A stretch of DNA of 64,000 bases, taken from Bacillota bacterium (GTDB lineage Bacteria > Bacillota > Sulfobacillia > Sulfobacillales > Sulfobacillaceae). Below, in pieces: positions 1 to 9,181 of this stretch. A program made the position numbers and the translations under genes. Under the pieces are notes generated by a model. That model made no database searches. It was not told the DNA's origin and saw only the letters and a list, made by a program, of their open reading frames with translations. Every line of letters starts with the position of its first letter. Position 1 is the first letter of the stretch. The DNA is taken from NCBI GenBank assembly GCA_021798975.1, contig JAJZBJ010000001.1:161-64160 (forward strand), read 5' to 3'.

Positions 1-397
1 AGGGCATGAGGACAGCTGAGCCCATGGCCAGCACCAACCCTGCCATCGTCACCTGCGGGACCGTGCGGACCGCCACATCCCATGCCGCTCCCGCCAAAAT
101 TAAAGCCGCCAAGACTAACAGCGTGAGGCCCACGCGGCCCTCTGCCCGCGCATCGGCTGCCCGCGAGAGCCCCGTGTCAGGGCCTGCACCTACCTCGGCA
201 TACAGATGTCGAATGACCAGCCAGCCGGCGACCAGTTCCACCGCGCTGTCAGCCCCGAAGGCTGTCAGCGCCAACGAGTGCGCACGCAATCCGGCCAGGA
301 GTCCAACCACCCCTTCCACGACCATCCAGCAAAGACTGAACCACTCGACTCGGATCCCCCACGCCAGAAGACGCGGCGATCGCATGCCGTTCACCAT
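1..397 (-). CDS. CDF-like cation transporter, partial (runs off the left edge; absent from the ORF track)
   Basis: Manual minus-strand translation from ATG 397: MVNGMRSPRLLACGIRVEWFSLCWMVVEGVVGLLAGLRAHSLALTAFGADSAVELVAG...; the ExxxG...SxAL...DS pattern and TM helices resemble cation diffusion facilitators. Confidence 0.7.
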   Translation of the reverse strand, partial: MVNGMRSPRLLAWGIRVEWFSLCWMVVEGVVGLLAGLRAHSLALTAFGADSAVELVAGWLVIRHLYAEVGAGPDTGLSRAADARAEGRVGLTLLVLAALILAGAAWDVAVRTVPQVTMAGLVLAMGSAVLMP

Positions 398-605
398 TTC
401 GCCCACCCCCACGGCCATGATATGCGGCGAGTCCGCCGCCGCTCCGGGGGCGAATCCCGGTCTCACACGAAGAATTTTGCGAATTCAACCTGGCTCAATC
501 ACCTTTCGCATGCTGGCACCGTACGATGCCGTAGAAAGTGAGCCGAGGGCAAGTGTTTGGGCGTGCTCTAAAAAATTCTCCAATGTCAGGAAGAGGTGTT
601 CCTTC

Positions 606-1892
606 GTGAGCGCATTGCAAAAAGAGTCCCGCGCGGAACTGGCAGCCCGATCCGCACTCTCATCCCAGCGGACGGGGTTCCGTGCCCTGCTGCCTTTCTT
701 GGGGCCAGCGTTCATCGCTGCCGTCGCCTATATTGATCCCGGAAATTACGCCACAAACATTCAAAGCGGCTCGGAATTCGGATATAAGCTGTTGTGGGTC
801 GTCGTGTTGGCGAACCTCATGGCTATGCTCATACAAAACATGTCCGCCAAACTCGGCATCGCTACCGGCAAGAATCTGCCCGAGCTCTGCCGCCAAACGT
901 TCGCTCCCTGGGTTTCGATGATGCTGTGGATCGTGTCGGAAATTGCCGCCATGGCCACGGACATTGCGGAATTTCTCGGGGCGACCCTAGCACTGAACCT
1001 GCTCTTCGGAGTCCCGCTGTTGATTGCTACGGTCATTACCGGCGTGGTTACCTACATCATCTTGATGTTGGACCGATATGGATTCCGTCCGTTGGAGATT
1101 TTCATCAGCGCCCTCGTGCTCTTGATTGGCGGCTGTTATGGCACCGAAACGATGTTGTCGCGCCCCGCCTGGGGGCAAGTGCTATACCACAGCGTCGTCC
1201 CCTGGGTACATGGATCCAGCGCCATCCTGCTGGTTGTGGGTGTCATTGGCGCTACCGTCATGCCGCACGTGGTCTACCTCCACTCAGGGCTGACGCAGCG
1301 CCGCATTGTTCCGCGCAATGACGACGAGCGCAAGAAAATTTACGGGTTTAGCAAGAAGGAAGTCATCATTGCCATGTCGCTGGCAGGGCTGATTAACCTG
1401 GCCATGATGTACATGTCGGCCGCCGCATTTCATGCCACCGGCCACTCCCAAATCGCCACCATTCAATCCGCCTTTCGCACGCTGACCCCCATTCTCGGCC
1501 CAGCTGCCGCGGCGGTCTTCCTGACATCCTTGCTGGCGTCCGGTGTTTCCAGCTCCGCCGTTGGCACGATGGCCGGCCAGGTCATTATGCAGGGGTTTGT
1601 CGGATTCAAAATCCCGGTCTGGATCCGCCGGGTGGTCACCATGCTGCCGACCGTGATTATCGTGGCCCTGGGCATCAATCCGACAGAGACGCTAGTCTTA
1701 AGCCAAGTACTGTTGAGCTTGGTACTGCCGGTCCCTATCCTGACCTTAATTTACTTTGCCAGCAAACCCCACATCATGGGCGTTCTGGTCAACCGGCGCT
1801 ACGTGACCTGGACAGCAATCGCGTGCGCCGCAACCATTGTGGTCCTAAACCTCCTCCTGATTTACCAAACGCTGGGGGGCACGCTTCCCTAG
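606..1892 (+). CDS. mntH: NRAMP-family Mn2+/Fe2+ transporter
   Basis: AYIDPGN and GATVMPH NRAMP motifs; GTG at 606 preceded by AAGAGGTG RBS (the ORF-track start at 6 is an over-extension). Confidence 0.93.
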   Translation: MSALQKESRAELAARSALSSQRTGFRALLPFLGPAFIAAVAYIDPGNYATNIQSGSEFGYKLLWVVVLANLMAMLIQNMSAKLGIATGKNLPELCRQTFAPWVSMMLWIVSEIAAMATDIAEFLGATLALNLLFGVPLLIATVITGVVTYIILMLDRYGFRPLEIFISALVLLIGGCYGTETMLSRPAWGQVLYHSVVPWVHGSSAILLVVGVIGATVMPHVVYLHSGLTQRRIVPRNDDERKKIYGFSKKEVIIAMSLAGLINLAMMYMSAAAFHATGHSQIATIQSAFRTLTPILGPAAAAVFLTSLLASGVSSSAVGTMAGQVIMQGFVGFKIPVWIRRVVTMLPTVIIVALGINPTETLVLSQVLLSLVLPVPILTLIYFASKPHIMGVLVNRRYVTWTAIACAATIVVLNLLLIYQTLGGTLP

Positions 1893-1916
1893 AAATCCCT
1901 GCCCCAACCCGAGTTG

Positions 1917-1949
1917 AAAAACCCGCAGGGCCTGTGCCCTGCGGGTTTC
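1917..1949. terminator. Bidirectional intrinsic terminator between convergent mntH and gltX
   Basis: AAACCCGCAGGGC-ctgt-GCCCTGCGGGTTT perfect stem with A/T flanks. Confidence 0.85.
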
Positions 1950-1953
1950 CTGA

Positions 1954-3393
1954 TTATATGCTGCCGGCACGTATCCGGTCCGCTGCTTGACGCAACCGAT
2001 CCACGGTGGCTGTCGGACCCAGCAGCTCCACCAATTCGAACAAACCCGGACCCACCGTGCGTCCGCTGACCGCCAAACGCGTCGGGTGAATCAGTTCGGC
2101 GCGTTTCACCCCAAGCTCTTCACTCAGTTGGTCGTAGGTAGCCAACAAGGCATCGTGATTCCAATCCGCCTGCTGGGACAGTCGTTCCGCCAAGGCTTCG
2201 AGCCGCTCCACCGCCCCCGCGCCAAAGTGCTTGGCGACCCCTTTGGCCTCATAAGTCTCAGGCGCTTCATAGAAAAAGTGCATTTGCTCGGCGAGCTGTA
2301 CCAAAGTGAAGGCCCGCTCACGCGAGAGTCCTACCACGGACAAAAAGTCCGGCCCGTGGTCCGTGCTATATCTGATGAAGGGGCGAACCGCTTCCGCCAC
2401 TTGTTCCACCGGCAGCGCGATCATGTACTCGTGGCTCATCCATTCCAGTTTCTTTTGGTCATAGATGGCTGCGGTATGCTGGACGCGCTCCAAGGTAAAC
2501 TCCTGCGCCGCCTCATCGATCGTCAAAATTTCGCGCCCGTCCGGCGACGACCAACCCAACAGCAGCAAATAGTTTGCCAGCGCTCCCAGTACGATGCCTT
2601 GGTCCCGATACTCTTCCACGGATGTCGCTCCGTGGCGCTTAGAGAGCTTCGAGCGGTCCGGCGCCAAAATCATGGGAAGATGCGCGAACGCAGGTACCTC
2701 AAAACCTAAGGCCTCGAAAATGAAGATCTGCTTGGGGGTGTTGGGGAGGTGCTCCTCGCCGCGAATGACGTGGGTGATGCCCATATCGTGGTCGTCAATC
2801 ACCACCGCAAAATTGTAGACCGGGGTGTAGTCCGGCTTCATAATCACGAAGTCATCAAAGACCCGATTGTCAAACCGCACCTGGCCACGGATGATGTCAT
2901 GGACCACCGTGTCTCCCTCAACGGGAGCCTTAAAGCGCACCACGGACCGTTCTCCCGCCCGTGCCCGGACTTCGTCCTCGCTCAGTCCGCGGCAACGGCC
3001 GCTGTACCGCGGCGGCAGCCCCTGCGCCTGTAATTGCGCCCGGTCCTGCTCCAACTGCTCCGGCGTGCAGAAACACCGGTACGCCTTGTGCTCGGCCAAC
3101 AGTTGGTCCGCCATAGCCTGATGCCGATGAAGACGCTCCGACTGGCGGTAGGGGCCGTATCCGCCATCTTGGTCTGGGCCCTCGTCCCAGACAATGCCGA
3201 GACTGCGGAGCCCCCGCATCATGGCCTCTTCCGAACCCTCAATTTGGCGCGACTGGTCGGTATCTTCAACACGCAGAATAAAGCGTCCGCCCTCGTGCCG
3301 GGCGAACAAGTAATTGAACAGTGCGGTACGGGCACCCCCGATGTGCAGTGTTCCGGTGGGACTTGGCGCATAGCGCACCCTGACCACGCGCAT
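1954..3393 (-). CDS. gltX: Glutamate--tRNA ligase
   Basis: RYAPSPTG, HIGG (HIGH), LRVEDTD, IRGEEH, KLSKR (KMSKS). Confidence 0.97.
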   Translation of the reverse strand: MRVVRVRYAPSPTGTLHIGGARTALFNYLFARHEGGRFILRVEDTDQSRQIEGSEEAMMRGLRSLGIVWDEGPDQDGGYGPYRQSERLHRHQAMADQLLAEHKAYRCFCTPEQLEQDRAQLQAQGLPPRYSGRCRGLSEDEVRARAGERSVVRFKAPVEGDTVVHDIIRGQVRFDNRVFDDFVIMKPDYTPVYNFAVVIDDHDMGITHVIRGEEHLPNTPKQIFIFEALGFEVPAFAHLPMILAPDRSKLSKRHGATSVEEYRDQGIVLGALANYLLLLGWSSPDGREILTIDEAAQEFTLERVQHTAAIYDQKKLEWMSHEYMIALPVEQVAEAVRPFIRYSTDHGPDFLSVVGLSRERAFTLVQLAEQMHFFYEAPETYEAKGVAKHFGAGAVERLEALAERLSQQADWNHDALLATYDQLSEELGVKRAELIHPTRLAVSGRTVGPGLFELVELLGPTATVDRLRQAADRIRAGSI

Positions 3394-3454
3394 CCTCCTC
3401 TCGATACCTTATCTTTGCAAGTGTATCGAAGAGGTTGACGTGAATCAAGGCGTG

Positions 3455-3718
3455 TCACAACACCAGGACTTTGATGGCCAGCAACATCAGAAAGCCGGGG
3501 GCCCCTAACACGCCTACCGTGGCCCCCGTCACCGGGTTCAGGCCGATCGTCCACCCGTGGTGGACGAAGAGGTGGTTCCAAATGGCCAAGGCCACCAGCC
3601 CCAACGCCCCGTTGATGAAAACGCGCACTGCCCAGCGCACCGGAGACTGAAATACCCGGATTACGATGTACAGCAGCACGCCGCCAAAGACGATCGCAAG
3701 AAAATTGCGTGGATCCAT
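3455..3718 (-). CDS. bofA: Pro-sigmaK processing inhibitor BofA
   Basis: Small membrane protein with IGLNPVTGATVGVLGAPG signature, downstream of recR as in other spore-formers. Confidence 0.88.
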   Translation of the reverse strand: MDPRNFLAIVFGGVLLYIVIRVFQSPVRWAVRVFINGALGLVALAIWNHLFVHHGWTIGLNPVTGATVGVLGAPGFLMLLAIKVLVL

Positions 3719-3737
3719 CCCGTGTCCCCCCACTGTA

Positions 3738-3766
3738 ACCTTATGGACACGGGGACAACTCTAGAC
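3738..3766 (-). promoter_or_regulatory. Possible sigmaE-type promoter for bofA
   Basis: Minus strand GTCTAG-N15-CATAAGGT resembles a sigE -35/-10 (CATAnnnT); bofA is sigE-dependent in B. subtilis. Confidence 0.4.
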
Positions 3767-3958
3767 CCGTCCGCCCGGGTTTTTTACAGGCAAGTGTCGG
3801 CACCAGGCCCGTATTTCCGCCATCCGGTCGGCGAACGGGCGGCCGTCATGCCATAGTTGGTAGACTTGATGCCAGTGGTCCGGGTCCCAGCCCGGGGGTT
3901 CCCAACCGTCATCCGAGCGCACCCGCAGGCGGCTCGAAAACGGTCTAACGCGCTTCAC
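3761..3958 (-). CDS. Small hypothetical protein
   Basis: GTG start after a strong AAGGAGG RBS; overlaps the end of the upstream ORF. Confidence 0.55.
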   Translation of the reverse strand: MKRVRPFSSRLRVRSDDGWEPPGWDPDHWHQVYQLWHDGRPFADRMAEIRAWCRHLPVKNPGGRV

Positions 3959-4277
3959 GGTGATCCTCCTTTCCTTCAGCACGATTATGCCTATTCCCTC
4001 CGGCCAGCAGCGATTGCGCCATCTGGCGGTCTAGTTCGGTCAGGGGTCGTTTCCACTGCCGCGACAACTCAGCCAGGGCTTCTTCGGCAGATACACGGCC
4101 GGACGAGTCCAACGCGTACAAGACTTGCTGGAGGGTTTGCTGGCGATAATGCTCCCGCATCCACCACAGAGTGTCTGTCAAGAGAGCCCGCCGGCGATAC
4201 AGAATCGCCCCCAACACCACACCCATACCTGTTAGACCTAAATCCAGCCATTCTGCGAATACCAATAAAAAGTCCAT
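3945..4277 (-). CDS. Hypothetical membrane protein
   Basis: N-terminal hydrophobic segment; lies between recR and bofA in the same orientation. Confidence 0.55.
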   Translation of the reverse strand: MDFLLVFAEWLDLGLTGMGVVLGAILYRRRALLTDTLWWMREHYRQQTLQQVLYALDSSGRVSAEEALAELSRQWKRPLTELDRQMAQSLLAGGNRHNRAEGKEDHREAR

Positions 4278-4352
4278 CTGCCTCACCCCAATTACCAATC
4301 TATTCCGGTACCGCCTAAACCGGACCAGAGAGGCCCATAGAGCTCCGGACAT

Positions 4353-4376
4353 AAAAAAACCCCGGCATCGCCGGGG
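4353..4376 (-). terminator. Intrinsic terminator after recR
   Basis: CCCCGGC-gat-GCCGGGG followed by T7 on the minus strand. Confidence 0.85.
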
Positions 4377-4385
4377 GCATGATAT

Positions 4386-4982
4386 CTAGAGATCGTGGCG
4401 GCCTTCCAACGCTTTGGCCAGCGTCATCTCGTCGGTATAATCGAGGTCGCCGCCCATGGGCAGTCCCCGGGCAATACGGGTCACTTTAGCGCCCATCGGC
4501 TTCAGGAGCCGCGACAGGTACAGCGCGGTGGCCTCGCCTTCCAAACTGGAGCTGGTGGCCAGCACAATTTCCCGGGGGCTGGTCGATTCCAGCCGCAGCA
4601 GCAATTCACGAACCTTGAGGTCCTCCGGACCAACGCCCTCCATGGGCGAGATGGCCCCATGCAGGACATGGTACCGGCCTTTGAATTCCCGCGTCTTCTC
4701 CATCGCCACAACATCCTTGGGATGCTCGACCACCATAATCCACGCCGGATCCCGGGACGGATTCTTGCAAATCGAACAAGGATCGGCGTCGGTGAAGTTA
4801 AAGCACTCCGAACAGTAGCGAATCCGGCTCCGGGCATTCACAATGGCCTGTGCCAGCAGTTCAGCCTCGCCCTTCGGCATATTGAGCAAGAAAAAGGCCA
4901 GCCGCTGGGCTGTCTTGGGTCCGACCCCCGGTAGTTTGGCCAGTTCCTGCACTAAGTCTTGAATAGGCTCTGGATACAGCAT
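4386..4982 (-). CDS. recR: Recombination mediator RecR
   Basis: LPGVGPKTAQRLA HhH, C4 zinc finger, YHVLHGAISP, Toprim domain. Confidence 0.98.
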   Translation of the reverse strand: MLYPEPIQDLVQELAKLPGVGPKTAQRLAFFLLNMPKGEAELLAQAIVNARSRIRYCSECFNFTDADPCSICKNPSRDPAWIMVVEHPKDVVAMEKTREFKGRYHVLHGAISPMEGVGPEDLKVRELLLRLESTSPREIVLATSSSLEGEATALYLSRLLKPMGAKVTRIARGLPMGGDLDYTDEMTLAKALEGRHDL

Positions 4983-5312
4983 TTAGAACAATCCCGGCAT
5001 GCCCGGAATTCGCATATTGCCCGTCACACGGCCCATCCGCTCCTGCGCCAATTCCTGGGCCTTCGCTTGCCCTTCCCGTACGGCCGTCAAGATGAGATCC
5101 TGCAGCATGTCAACATCGTTGGGATCGACCGCCTCGGGGGCAATTTCAATGGATTGCATCTCGCCGTGCCCGTTAAACACTGCTTTCACGACGCCTCCGG
5201 ATGCCACGGTCACCGTCTCCTGCTTAAGCTCCTCCTGCACACGCACCATGTCTTCCTGCATCTTTTGCACTTGCTTCATCATCTTTTGCATGTTCTGCGG
5301 GTTCATCCCCAT
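4983..5312 (-). CDS. ybaB: Nucleoid-associated protein YbaB/EbfC
   Basis: NMQKMMKQVQKMQ...MLQDLI; conserved dnaX-ybaB-recR order. Confidence 0.95.
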   Translation of the reverse strand: MGMNPQNMQKMMKQVQKMQEDMVRVQEELKQETVTVASGGVVKAVFNGHGEMQSIEIAPEAVDPNDVDMLQDLILTAVREGQAKAQELAQERMGRVTGNMRIPGMPGLF

Positions 5313-5339
5313 GACGCCTCATCCTCCTCTGAGTGGTGT

Positions 5340-6932
5340 TCAAAAACCTTTAAGCTGGATGTCCGGTCCAAACCAATCCCGCACCGCATCCGCCAAGGGC
5401 GGTTGGGACGAGGACGCTATAGCGCGCGATTCGCCGGCCTCAGCGGCGGGTGTGGGTTTCCCCACCCCGTACTCGACCCGCATCCGAGACCCGAAAACCG
5501 CCTTCACAGCCCGTTCCACCACGTCCCGGTTGTGCGTCTGCTGAGCGATTTCGCGATGAGCCGGGAATTCAAACCAAATTCTTAAGACATCGGGCGACAG
5601 CACTTCACCTTCTGCCTTTTCCAACAACGCGTGGGTACTGGGACGATCGCGTTTAACCGCTTCCAAAACCGCCGCGAAACTTGGCCCATGCGACGCGGTC
5701 AGCGGCTCTGGAACCGGCGTTTTCTCTTCCGGTTCAGATGGGGATGGCGGCGCTGGAGCTGGGACTGGAGCACTGACGGGTGGCCCGGCGGCTAGCCGCT
5801 GGGGACCGCTATGCGCCTCCACGGGGCGTTCCGCGGCCGCCGGGTGCAGGAGCTGGTTTTGGACTTTTAGGATGGCAAGTTCCACCGCCAAGTCCGCGGG
5901 AAACCCGCCCTTCAGCCGAAACTCGGCTTCCGCCAGCTGATTAGCGGATTCAATCCACCAACTGGGCGCAATACCGTCCGGCATCTCTTGGTTCAGCGCC
6001 GCGATCCCATCCCGGCGATACGGCGGGAATAGGTCGGCACCAGCGGTCCGATATAGGAGGATGTCCCGGAATTGCCGGGCCAAATCGCGCAGGATGAGCT
6101 TTTCATCGATGCCGTCGTGGCGCAGTTCTGCCAGCACCTGGACGACAGGTTCAATCCCGGTCGCCAGCGCCTCGACCAATCGCTGCATCTGGCGATGCCC
6201 CACCAGACCCGCGACCCGAGCCACGCCGTCACTGGTGATGGCGCCGTCGCTGGCCACAACCTGGTCAAACAGGCTTAAGGCGTCGCGCAGCGCACCGTCG
6301 GCGGCTTCGGCCAACAGTTCCAGGCCCTCAGGCTGGCATTCGACGCCTTCCTGCTGCGCTACATAGCGGAGCCGCTCCTCAATGACGGACAGCGTCAGGC
6401 GCTTAAATTCATAGCGCTGGCAGCGGGAGAGCACCGTGACGGGCAGTTTATGGGCCTCCGTGGTGGCCAGCACGAACAGCACATGGGCCGGCGGCTCCTC
6501 CAACGTCTTCAGCAAGGCATTGAAGGCGTCCTGCGTCAACATGTGCACCTCGTCGATAATGTAGACCTTGAAGCGGCTCATGGCCGTTTGGTGGGTAATC
6601 CGTTCCTTGATGTCCCGAATCTCATCGATGCCGCGGTTGGAAGCGGCGTCAATTTCAATGACGTCCAGATGCTGGCCTGACTCAATGCTGCGGCACGAGG
6701 CGCACGTTAAACACGGATCGCCGTCGGCCTCCAAATTCTCGCAGTTCACGGCTTTGGCCAGAATGCGCGCCACACTGGTCTTCCCGGTGCCCCGGGGCCC
6801 GGAGAATAGATAGGCATGGGTCAGGCGGCCCTGGCGGACCGCTTCGCGGAGCGTAGTGATGGTGCGGGCCTGCCCCATGACTTCACTGAAACGGCGGGGA
6901 CGATAAACCCGGTATGAAGCCTGATGAGCCAC
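5340..6932 (-). CDS. dnaX: DNA polymerase III subunit gamma/tau
   Basis: HAYLFSGPRGTGKT, EIDAASN, IIDEVHML, AFNALLKTLEEPP, SRC motif. Confidence 0.97.
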   Translation of the reverse strand: MAHQASYRVYRPRRFSEVMGQARTITTLREAVRQGRLTHAYLFSGPRGTGKTSVARILAKAVNCENLEADGDPCLTCASCRSIESGQHLDVIEIDAASNRGIDEIRDIKERITHQTAMSRFKVYIIDEVHMLTQDAFNALLKTLEEPPAHVLFVLATTEAHKLPVTVLSRCQRYEFKRLTLSVIEERLRYVAQQEGVECQPEGLELLAEAADGALRDALSLFDQVVASDGAITSDGVARVAGLVGHRQMQRLVEALATGIEPVVQVLAELRHDGIDEKLILRDLARQFRDILLYRTAGADLFPPYRRDGIAALNQEMPDGIAPSWWIESANQLAEAEFRLKGGFPADLAVELAILKVQNQLLHPAAAERPVEAHSGPQRLAAGPPVSAPVPAPAPPSPSEPEEKTPVPEPLTASHGPSFAAVLEAVKRDRPSTHALLEKAEGEVLSPDVLRIWFEFPAHREIAQQTHNRDVVERAVKAVFGSRMRVEYGVGKPTPAAEAGESRAIASSSQPPLADAVRDWFGPDIQLKGF

Positions 6933-6981
6933 GGCGCACCTCCTGATGCCAACATTGTACCGTCTTCAGTCCAAAAAATTA

Positions 6982-7112
6982 AGCCATAGGGCTGCACCGA
7001 TCAGGCACTCCCGCGGCGCCACAACCATTCTGCTTACCGCTGCTCCCTTCCGGGCCTGACGGGGTTCACAGGAGTTGTCCGCGCGGGACCCAATCGATGC
7101 AGCTCCATGGCT
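6982..7112 (-). ncRNA. ffs: SRP RNA, short 4.5S-type
   Basis: Minus strand has the helix-8 consensus GTGAACCCCGTCAGGCCCGGAAGGGAGCAGC; the 5' and 3' ends pair; classic position upstream of dnaX. Confidence 0.93.
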
Positions 7113-7127
7113 CAATCAAAGAAAAAA

Positions 7128-7221
7128 TGGCGGAGGAGGAGGGATTCGAACCCTCGAGGCAGGATTTGGCCCACCAACACGCTTTCCAGGCGTGCGCCTT
7201 AAACCGCTCGGCCACCCCTCC
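7128..7221 (-). tRNA. tRNA-Ser (GGA)
   Basis: GGAGGGGTGGCCGAGCGG...CT-GGA-AA..., long variable arm, GGTTCGAATCC, encoded CCA. Confidence 0.96.
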
Positions 7222-7237
7222 AAGTATCAATCATCAA

Positions 7238-7331
7238 TGGCGGAGAGGGTGGGATTCGAACCCACGAGACGGGGTTAAGCCGCCTACCCGATTTCGAGTC
7301 GGGCTCCTTCGACCAGCTCAGACACCTCTCC
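7238..7331 (-). tRNA. tRNA-Ser (CGA)
   Basis: GGAGAGGTGTCTGAGCTGG...CT-CGA-AA..., long variable arm, encoded CCA. Confidence 0.96.
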
Positions 7332-7353
7332 GTAGAACAAGCTATTCAGTTGA

Positions 7354-7800
7354 CTAACGCCGAGCCCGAAAAAATTGCTTTAATTGTTCCGATGCCGTGT
7401 CGGCCATGATACCCGACACCACCTCGACCTGATGATTGAGCCGGCTGTTGTTGGTGAGCTGAAACACGCTCTCAACGGCACCAGCCTTCGGGTCCAAAGC
7501 TCCAATCACCAACCTCTGAACACGGGCCAATACGATGGCACCCGCACACATGGCACAAGGCTCCAGCGTCACGACCAGCGTGCTGCCTGCCAGCCGCCAC
7601 CCTCCCAGCCGTTCGGCGGCTTCGCGCAACACCAGAATCTCGGCGTGCGCGGTCGGATCGTGGTTGACTTCGCGGCGGTTGTGGTTATGTGCCAAAACCG
7701 CTCCATGCCCATCCAGTAATACGGCACCGACGGGCACGTCACCGCTTTGGGCGGCTAAGAAGGCCTCGTCAAGCGCCATCTGCATGCTGGCTTGATACAT
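7354..7800 (-). CDS. tadA: tRNA adenosine(34) deaminase
   Basis: VPVGAV, DPTAHAE, TLEPCAMCAGA, FFRARR. Confidence 0.96.
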   Translation of the reverse strand: MYQASMQMALDEAFLAAQSGDVPVGAVLLDGHGAVLAHNHNRREVNHDPTAHAEILVLREAAERLGGWRLAGSTLVVTLEPCAMCAGAIVLARVQRLVIGALDPKAGAVESVFQLTNNSRLNHQVEVVSGIMADTASEQLKQFFRARR

Positions 7801-7831
7801 CGTCGCCCAGCCCTAACCTGTCGAAAAGTAA

Positions 7832-7907
7832 TGGTGCGCCCGGGAGGACTCGAACCACCGACACAAGGTTTAGGAAACCTCTGCTCTATCCCCTGAGCTA
7901 CGGGCGC
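7832..7907 (-). tRNA. tRNA-Arg (CCT)
   Basis: GCGCCCGTAGCTCAGGGGATAGAGC...TT-CCT-AA...GGTTCGAGTCC...ACCA, 76 nt. Confidence 0.96.
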
Positions 7908-7998
7908 GTAACGGCTGCCATTGTTGTCAGGCGTGCATTTGCGCCTTACACAGGATATCAAATCCGTCACATCGGCGCAACGGTAAGTATCTCCGGTT

Positions 7999-8907
7999 TT
8001 AGCGTAATCCAGTGTTGGGCGAACACGATATTTTACCAGAATTCTTTGCTTGCGGCAAGCTCACAATAAATGTCGAACCTGCGCCCGGCGCGGATATGAC
8101 GCGAATGCGGCCGCCCGCGCGCTCAATCAAATATCGCGTGCGGTAGAGTCCCAAGCCATGGCCGGTGGGTTTGGTAGTAAAATATGGCGAAAAAATCTCG
8201 TCCAGCTGCTCAGAGCGAATACCGTCGCCGTGATCCCGCACAGACACACTGATCATTTCGTCGTCTGATGACACCTGAATGCTTATCGCACCACCCTCCG
8301 GCATCGCATCGCATGCATTTTGCAATAGATTTTGAAAAATCTCGGTCAAATCGGCCCGATCAACGGCGACCGGCGGGATGTTGCCCGGCCCGACCACCTC
8401 CACGTGGCAAGTGGTACGGCGCAGCAGCGTGGTCAGATGGTTGAGCGTTTCCCACACGTCGGCCCAGCCGCCATCGGCGGCCTCGTCCACCACAGCCGAT
8501 CGGCCTAAGCGCCGCACCAAATCCTCGGCTCGCTCCAACATCCACAGCGCCTCCGTCAACGAAGCCGGCACCGTTTCTTGGTCCTTCTGCAGCAATTCTA
8601 AATGTCCTTGGGCGACAGCCAGCATATTATTGATGTCATGGCCCAAACTCTGCATTTCCAGCCTTAGGTTCTCTTCCACCACGCGGTCCTCCCAAACCGC
8701 TACCACACCGGAAAACCCGGGCGATCCCATACGGAAGAGCTGCACCCACTGGTTGCTGCCCGGATAGAATTGCGCCTGCAGGCGATCGTCTTCGCACAAG
8801 CGTTTGGCTTCGTCGCACAGCCGCTCCACTATGTCTCGGTCCGCCCGCGCGCTCGAGGCCACGATGTCCCCCGATGGATCCAAAATCCACACTCCACGAC
8901 AACCCAT
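7999..8907 (-). CDS. Orphan cytoplasmic sensor histidine kinase
   Basis: H-box GHDINN, NLLQNACDAM, DHGDG, YFTTK, GHGLGL; no TM segments. Confidence 0.9.
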   Translation of the reverse strand: MGCRGVWILDPSGDIVASSARADRDIVERLCDEAKRLCEDDRLQAQFYPGSNQWVQLFRMGSPGFSGVVAVWEDRVVEENLRLEMQSLGHDINNMLAVAQGHLELLQKDQETVPASLTEALWMLERAEDLVRRLGRSAVVDEAADGGWADVWETLNHLTTLLRRTTCHVEVVGPGNIPPVAVDRADLTEIFQNLLQNACDAMPEGGAISIQVSSDDEMISVSVRDHGDGIRSEQLDEIFSPYFTTKPTGHGLGLYRTRYLIERAGGRIRVISAPGAGSTFIVSLPQAKNSGKISCSPNTGLR

Positions 8908-9181
8908 CGGATCCCACCTTCCCAAATTTTGGAATATACATTTTTAAGTCTAGCAAAGCCCTGAAGAGGGGCCAACCTTGGCTGGAACCCATGTGTCGAG
9001 GCGATCCGACAAATTGAGTCAAGAACTCCGCTCATTCCCCCTAAATCATTTTGATTCGGAGATCTTTGTCGTACGAAAGTTTTTTCCGCGTTATGCGCGC
9101 GTCTGGATGCGACTGAGGAGGGATTAGGCGACATAGCGTGTAATCATAGAGTATTGATATCCTTTGGGGAGGCGGAAACGG

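Noticed and set aside
6-605. 200-aa N-terminal extension of MntH in the ORF track
   Set aside because: It is the antisense shadow of the CDF-like gene; a good RBS and GTG lie at 606
5340-6932. Programmed frameshift in dnaX
   Set aside because: No A6G or long A-run slippery site noticed; the Pro-rich linker is ordinary
7128-7331. Long-arm tRNAs as tRNA-Sec supporting the selenoprotein call
   Set aside because: Anticodons are GGA and CGA (Ser), not TCA; Sec machinery is not in this window
7128-7907. tRNAs as integration sites for an island
   Set aside because: No integrase and no duplicated tRNA 3' end seen; flanks are core genes
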